Shown here in pieces: positions 58,999 to 64,000 of a DNA stretch of 64,000 bases. The notes beneath the pieces are model-generated. The model saw nothing but the letters and a program-made list of their open reading frames with translations. It had not been told where the DNA came from and searched no databases. How positions within the stretch are numbered: position 1 is the stretch's first letter; every line of letters begins with the position of its first letter. Position numbers and translations under genes: made by a program. The stretch is from an uncultured Gammaproteobacteria bacterium (GTDB lineage: Bacteria > Patescibacteriota > Microgenomatia > Daviesbacterales > UBA10151): contig CAYQAW010000003.1 in NCBI GenBank assembly GCA_964415615.1, positions 30,788-94,787 of the forward strand, in the 5' to 3' direction.

Positions 58999-60618
58999 TT
59001 TTAAATTTTTCAAAAAAATAATTAGGATTACCAAAATTCCGATTATCGTCAGGATTTTTGATATTGCTATCAATAATGTTTCCTGATATTTCACTGCGAT
59101 TTTATGTATACCTGGACTTACGATAAAGTTTATTCTTCCTTCTTTGTCGGCGGTAAATTTTGTTTGTCTGCTATCGATATAAAGATTCTGGCCAGGAAAA
59201 AAGAATTGACCGGCAGAAACAGTACTTTCCTTAGTCACGTTGAGGTTAAAAGATAAAAGATTAGTTGTTTGTTGCATTTTTGATGAAGATATATTTTCTC
59301 CCACAATTTCATCCCAAGGTTTATCTAATAGCTTTCCGTTTGCCTTTATAGGTAGGTATTCGTTATAAGTATTGGTAGTTTTCTCTGTCTCAATATTTAG
59401 ATATGTTGAAATAGGAAAATTTGTATACTGATTTACATTGATGTGATTTCTGTTTGTATAAATTGTTACCAGAATTAACAAAATAAAGACAAGGGTTCGT
59501 AGACTTTTTTTAATATTGACTATTACAATACCAGCAGAAACTGATGCGATAAAAGCAGTAGGCAGCAATAATCTAAAAGGAAAATCTACTGTTGTAAATT
59601 TTATTAAAAGATTCCAAATGGGTTTTGAATAATCCAGCATAAGGAAGACATTGGTTGCAAAGATGATTAATATGCTGATACCTAAGTTTCGGTAAAATCT
59701 GGATAATTTTCTGGAAACAATTAATAACACAAGGATAATAATGGAAATCCATTGAGCAAAACCTAGCTGAAAGGAGCTCTCTCCGTTTTTTGCGTTATTT
59801 ACTATCGGACCGTAACCCCATTTTGAATATATTAGTTGATTAAGGTTGATAAAGTTTCTTTTGTAAAGCTGCGAAAAACCGATTTCCTGGTGAACCCTGG
59901 TGAATTGGTTGTAGTAAACAGCAGGTATTAAATAAAAGGAGGAAAGCAGGATTGTAAGTATTAAACCGAAAGTAATATTTTTTAGGAAAATAACCTTTTT
60001 TGAAGAACTGATAAATCCCCAAAGGAAGAAGATTAAAATAATGGGAAATAGAAATACTAAATGCATAATATGTGATAGGATAATGCCTGAAAGACCTACT
60101 GATAATACTGCTATGCCTGTTCCCCCCCCTTTTTTTAGAAGATGAATACCTAAAAGAACTAATGGTAAAAAGGCAAACACAAAAGCAATTCCCATTGAAG
60201 CGCTGACAAAGATAATTAAAAAATGATAAGGCAGCCAAAGGTATAAAATGGCAGATAAAAGAGCAGACAATTTATTATTTAAAAGACTGTTTACAAAAAG
60301 ATACATAGTAAGACCAGATATGATATAAGACAAAAAGAATAAGGCTTTCATAGTAGTTGGAATATCAAGGCCGGTTCTTAGGATTGCTGATCCTATAATC
60401 CAAGGTAGATGATAAGAAAATAGAAAAAGTGGATATCCGAAGTTGTTTGCCAGTTGTCCGATCCAATAAGGAGGAAATTGACCATCATTTATGCCTTGGG
60501 AGTAATAATAAAGTCTGACTACCTGATGCCAAATGTCGTGAGCGGTAAAAAGGCCTGGGTGTAGAAGCGCCTTCATCCCCATAAGAGAAAATATTAAAAT
60601 AATAAAGAGGTAGAACAT
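58969..60618 (-). CDS. GT-C membrane protein, PTPS-related / YfhO-like family
   Basis: AHD, GQFPP.W...GYPLF.F, DFPFRLL, EYLP, FFPG. Start moved to ATG 60618 (TATGAT-N6-ATG). Confidence 0.78.
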   Translation of the reverse strand: MFYLFIILIFSLMGMKALLHPGLFTAHDIWHQVVRLYYYSQGINDGQFPPYWIGQLANNFGYPLFLFSYHLPWIIGSAILRTGLDIPTTMKALFFLSYIISGLTMYLFVNSLLNNKLSALLSAILYLWLPYHFLIIFVSASMGIAFVFAFLPLVLLGIHLLKKGGGTGIAVLSVGLSGIILSHIMHLVFLFPIILIFFLWGFISSSKKVIFLKNITFGLILTILLSSFYLIPAVYYNQFTRVHQEIGFSQLYKRNFINLNQLIYSKWGYGPIVNNAKNGESSFQLGFAQWISIIILVLLIVSRKLSRFYRNLGISILIIFATNVFLMLDYSKPIWNLLIKFTTVDFPFRLLLPTAFIASVSAGIVIVNIKKSLRTLVFILLILVTIYTNRNHINVNQYTNFPISTYLNIETEKTTNTYNEYLPIKANGKLLDKPWDEIVGENISSSKMQQTTNLLSFNLNVTKESTVSAGQFFFPGQNLYIDSRQTKFTADKEGRINFIVSPGIHKIAVKYQETLLIAISKILTIIGILVILIIFLKNLKLFRKDITSD

Positions 60619-60673
60619 GCTCTGATCATAGCTTTTCTGGGCATAAATTGCTAACATTAATGCATTACTCTAA

Positions 60674-62326
60674 ATGAAATACAAAGTTTATATTGCGCTT
60701 CTACTGGTGGTAATATTAGCATTCTTTCTGAGGTTCTACAAAGTTACGGAGGATCCACCTGCTTTGAATTGGGACGAGGTATCAATTGGATATAATGCCT
60801 ATTCGATTTTGAAAACAGGTAAAGATGAGTGGAAAGAGTCTTTCCCCGTACATTTTAAGGCTTACGGTGAATATAAGTTACCTGTGCAGATTTATGCCAG
60901 TATTCCCGGCATTTATTTTTTTGGGCTCAATGAGCTGGGAGTAAGAATTACCCCTGTTGCATATGGAACACTAACCGTACTGGTGATGTTCTTTTTAGGA
61001 AGAGTGCTTTTTGCCAGTGAATTAACCGGTTTAGCTGCTGCATTTCTACTTGGTATTTCCCCCTGGTATATACAACTCACCAGAGCATCTTTTGAATCAT
61101 CTCTGGCCACCCTTTTTGTAACTATCGGCATTTGGTTTTTAGTTAAAGGATTTAAGGATCAAAAGTGGTTTGTCTTATCAATGATTCCTTTTGCTTTCTC
61201 TGTTTTTACTTATAATTCTGCCAGAATTTTTACTCCCTTATTTTTAGTAGTGATAATGTTTTTATATAGAAAAAGCCTGATTAAATTTAGAAAAATCGCT
61301 GCTGTATCATTAATAGTTTTTACTATTTTAATGTTGCCATTGATTCCTTATTTATTCAGTGGTGAGAGAAGCGCCCGTTATAAATTGGTAAGCATTACCG
61401 ATGACCCTGGGATAATTCCCAGGATAAATGAAAATAGGGGTCGTTCTAAATTGCCACAGCCTTTACCAAGACTTATTCACAATAAAGTTACCTACGTGGC
61501 ATTTTATTTTACTAATAATTATCTTTCTCATTTTACTCCCCAATTCTTATTTCTTTCTGGCGCTCCACATAAGCAGCATCATGTTCAAGGTATGGGAGAG
61601 CTTTATTATTTTCAAGCTCCATTTTTGATACTAGGGTTAATCTCACTGTTTTACTATAAACATAAATTTAAAAATCTTTTATTGTCTTGGTTGTTTTTAT
61701 CTTTTATTCCCGTTTCAGTAACTAATGATAGTATTCCTCATGCATTGAGGACAGCAATAGCTGCTCCTTTTTATCAATTAATTTGTGGTTTTGGTTTTTA
61801 TCATTTATTAAATTGGTTAAAGAAAAAATCCAAATATCTAAAATTCTTATTAATAATTATTTCGATATTAATTATTTATTTTGAATTTAGCAGGTATCTA
61901 TATAATTATTATGAAATTTATCCTAAAGTTTATTCCAGAGATTGGCAATATGGATATAAGGAAGCTGTAAATTATATCAATGAACATAAAAATGAATATG
62001 ACGAGATTGTTTTTACCCGTCATTATGGGGAACCGCATATGTTTACTTTATTTTATCTCAATTATGATCCTGCAAAGTATCAGAATGATCCGAATTTAGT
62101 CAGGTTTGAAACTTATGATTGGGTAAGAGTTTTAAGATTTGATAGATTCTACTTTCCTGATTTGGGTGATAAGGGAACACAGTTTGCCGATATTGTCAGA
62201 GAGAACTCGGATAAAAAATTACTGTTTATTGGAAGAAGCGGAGATTTTCCAAAAGAGAATACAAGGCTTTTGTCAATAAAATTCCTAAACGGTGAAGACG
62301 CTTTTGATATCGTAGAAGTTAAATGA
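60674..62326 (+). CDS. GT-C glycosyltransferase (ArnT/PMT-like)
   Basis: PPALNWDEVSIGYNAYSILKTGKDEW, GEYK.P, PHALR, WQYGYK. Confidence 0.87.
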   Translation: MKYKVYIALLLVVILAFFLRFYKVTEDPPALNWDEVSIGYNAYSILKTGKDEWKESFPVHFKAYGEYKLPVQIYASIPGIYFFGLNELGVRITPVAYGTLTVLVMFFLGRVLFASELTGLAAAFLLGISPWYIQLTRASFESSLATLFVTIGIWFLVKGFKDQKWFVLSMIPFAFSVFTYNSARIFTPLFLVVIMFLYRKSLIKFRKIAAVSLIVFTILMLPLIPYLFSGERSARYKLVSITDDPGIIPRINENRGRSKLPQPLPRLIHNKVTYVAFYFTNNYLSHFTPQFLFLSGAPHKQHHVQGMGELYYFQAPFLILGLISLFYYKHKFKNLLLSWLFLSFIPVSVTNDSIPHALRTAIAAPFYQLICGFGFYHLLNWLKKKSKYLKFLLIIISILIIYFEFSRYLYNYYEIYPKVYSRDWQYGYKEAVNYINEHKNEYDEIVFTRHYGEPHMFTLFYLNYDPAKYQNDPNLVRFETYDWVRVLRFDRFYFPDLGDKGTQFADIVRENSDKKLLFIGRSGDFPKENTRLLSIKFLNGEDAFDIVEVK

Positions 62327-63717
62327 AGAAATATTTATTAGTATTAATTTGTCTTTTTTTTCTTATTACAAGATTATATAAAATTGGGGAAATTCCTTCT
62401 TCTGTTTATTGGGATGAGGCATCAATAGGGTACAATGCTTTTTCTGTTTTACAAACAGGAAAAGATGAGTGGGGAAAGTTTTTACCTATACATTTTAGGG
62501 CCTTTGGGGAATTCAAGTTACCTGTTTATATTTATGCAACACTTATTAGTGAGAAATTTTTTGGTTTAAATGCATTTGCAGTTAGATTGCCTGCAGTTCT
62601 GTTTTCTTTAGGGGTTGTAATATTGACTTATCTTCTATCAAAGAGATTATCAGGTATAACTTTGGGATTATTAAGTAGTTTTTTTGTTACTATTTCTCCT
62701 TGGTTTTTTATTTTCTCGAGAACAGGTTACGAGGCAACAGCAGGTTTAATGTTTTATATGCTGGGTATATATCTTTTCTTAGGATTAGGTAAAAAAAGTT
62801 GGTATCTGTTGTTTTCTATAGCAAGTTTTATCTTAAGTATTTATAGCTACAATAGTTTTAGAATTATTATTCCATTAACAACCATAATATTAATTATTTA
62901 CGATATTAGGAATCTTAAAAGTATTTTTAAAAAAGGTATGCTACCGGTAATATTATCTGGAATTATTGTAATTTTTAGTATGATTCCTATCTATAAAGTA
63001 TACAGATTTGATACAGGTGGCGCCAGATTACAGACTATTAAGGGGACTAGCGCTATGTTTATAACAAACTATTTTTCACACTTTAGTCCGGATTTTCTGT
63101 TTGCAGGTGACAAAAATTCAAGAAGTCAGATACCGGGTTTTGGCCAGATTTATTTTCCTGAGCTAGTTTTTTTGTTATTAGGGTTCCTATATATAATAGG
63201 AAGAAAATCAAAATTAACATTTTTATCCTTGGTCTTACTCTTATTATCTCCTATTCCAGCCAGTTTAACCCGAGAGTCTCCGCATGCTTTAAGAACTATA
63301 TCAATTATCCCCTTTATTCATATAATTTCTGCCATGGGGATAATATACTTAAAACAATTTATAAGATTCAAATATTTTGAACTAGTTATCTTAGGCATAT
63401 TTTTTGCCTTCTTTGTTAATTATCTCTTTAAGTTTTTAACTGTTTACCCTTTAATTTCTTCAACAGATTGGCAGTATGAATATAAAAAGATTTATGAAGA
63501 TTTCGGTCAGGAATTTAATAAATATAACCGGATTTTAATTTCCGATAAATACGCCCAGCCGTATATTTTTGCCCTTTTTTACTTAAAATACGACCCACAA
63601 AAATTCCAGCAGGAAGTTATCAGAAACAATATTAATGATTGGGGATTTTCAACGGTTAGAAAATTTGGAAAATTTGAATTCGGAAAGTTTCCGCAACTTT
63701 ATATCTTTGATAAATGA
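62323..63717 (+). CDS. GT-C glycosyltransferase (ArnT/PMT-like)
   Basis: VYWDEASIGYNAFS..TGKDEWG..LP, SPW...SR..YEA, PHALR. Confidence 0.87.
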   Translation: MKKYLLVLICLFFLITRLYKIGEIPSSVYWDEASIGYNAFSVLQTGKDEWGKFLPIHFRAFGEFKLPVYIYATLISEKFFGLNAFAVRLPAVLFSLGVVILTYLLSKRLSGITLGLLSSFFVTISPWFFIFSRTGYEATAGLMFYMLGIYLFLGLGKKSWYLLFSIASFILSIYSYNSFRIIIPLTTIILIIYDIRNLKSIFKKGMLPVILSGIIVIFSMIPIYKVYRFDTGGARLQTIKGTSAMFITNYFSHFSPDFLFAGDKNSRSQIPGFGQIYFPELVFLLLGFLYIIGRKSKLTFLSLVLLLLSPIPASLTRESPHALRTISIIPFIHIISAMGIIYLKQFIRFKYFELVILGIFFAFFVNYLFKFLTVYPLISSTDWQYEYKKIYEDFGQEFNKYNRILISDKYAQPYIFALFYLKYDPQKFQQEVIRNNINDWGFSTVRKFGKFEFGKFPQLYIFDK

Positions 63718-64000
63718 AAAGAATATACATATTACTGATTGTGATAGCTATTTTAGCTGCAGGACTTAGGATTGATAGATTAGATAGCGTTCCGCCATCT
63801 CTTTCTTGGGATGAGACTGCAGTAGGGTTTAATGCTTATACGATTGCAAATAATCTCAGAGATGAATATGGTACTTTTTTACCCCTATTTTTTAAATCAT
63901 TCGGAGAAGATAAACAACCGATACATATTTATATCACTGCACTTTCTGTGAAACTACTTGGTTTGTCAGAATTTAGCACCAGATTGCCGGCTGCTATTTT
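63714..64000 (+). CDS. GT-C glycosyltransferase, 3'-truncated by window edge
   Basis: ATGA-coupled; MKRIYILL...PPSLSWDETAVGFNAY...DEYG.FLP; frame open to the end of the window. Confidence 0.85.
   Translation, partial: MKRIYILLIVIAILAAGLRIDRLDSVPPSLSWDETAVGFNAYTIANNLRDEYGTFLPLFFKSFGEDKQPIHIYITALSVKLLGLSEFSTRLPAAI

Noticed and set aside
157-61628. Short (60-132 aa) antisense or alternate-frame ORFs in the ORF track
   Set aside because: They lie within or overlap well-supported genes and have no recognisable motifs; they are shadow ORFs.

Overview
AT-rich bacterial DNA, standard code 11. Gene content (short TsaB, PaaX/Cas2-like genes, leaderless-type starts, many GT-C genes) suggests Patescibacteria/CPR, probably Microgenomates; this is inference. 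The window is dominated by a very large cell-surface glycosylation region: about 25 multi-pass GT-C-fold glycosyltransferase genes (counting one fragment and one edge-truncated gene) in several subfamilies, GT2 polyprenyl-phosphate-sugar synthases (one fused to GtrA, one to a GT-C), a Wzx flippase, GT2/GT4 enzymes, rmlABCD, gmd and galE. Housekeeping genes are interspersed: glnA, a CofE-like ligase, tsaE, tsaB, prfB, and ftsEX with a circularly permuted M23 peptidase. The main unexplained structure is two stand-alone wHTH + Cas2-like (PaaX-type) genes, each tightly bracketed by its own pair of palindrome-ended direct repeats (36 bp and 30 bp, the latter with compensatory changes). This suggests a self-delimited cassette or an operator-loop system. 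Other oddities: a perfect palindrome that gives two divergent genes the same -10/ATG/MHQ start, nested palindromic mini-elements, and a Bro-N pseudogene with a coding palindrome. No rRNA, tRNA or CRISPR array was recognised. All calls are from motif reading; no searches were run.
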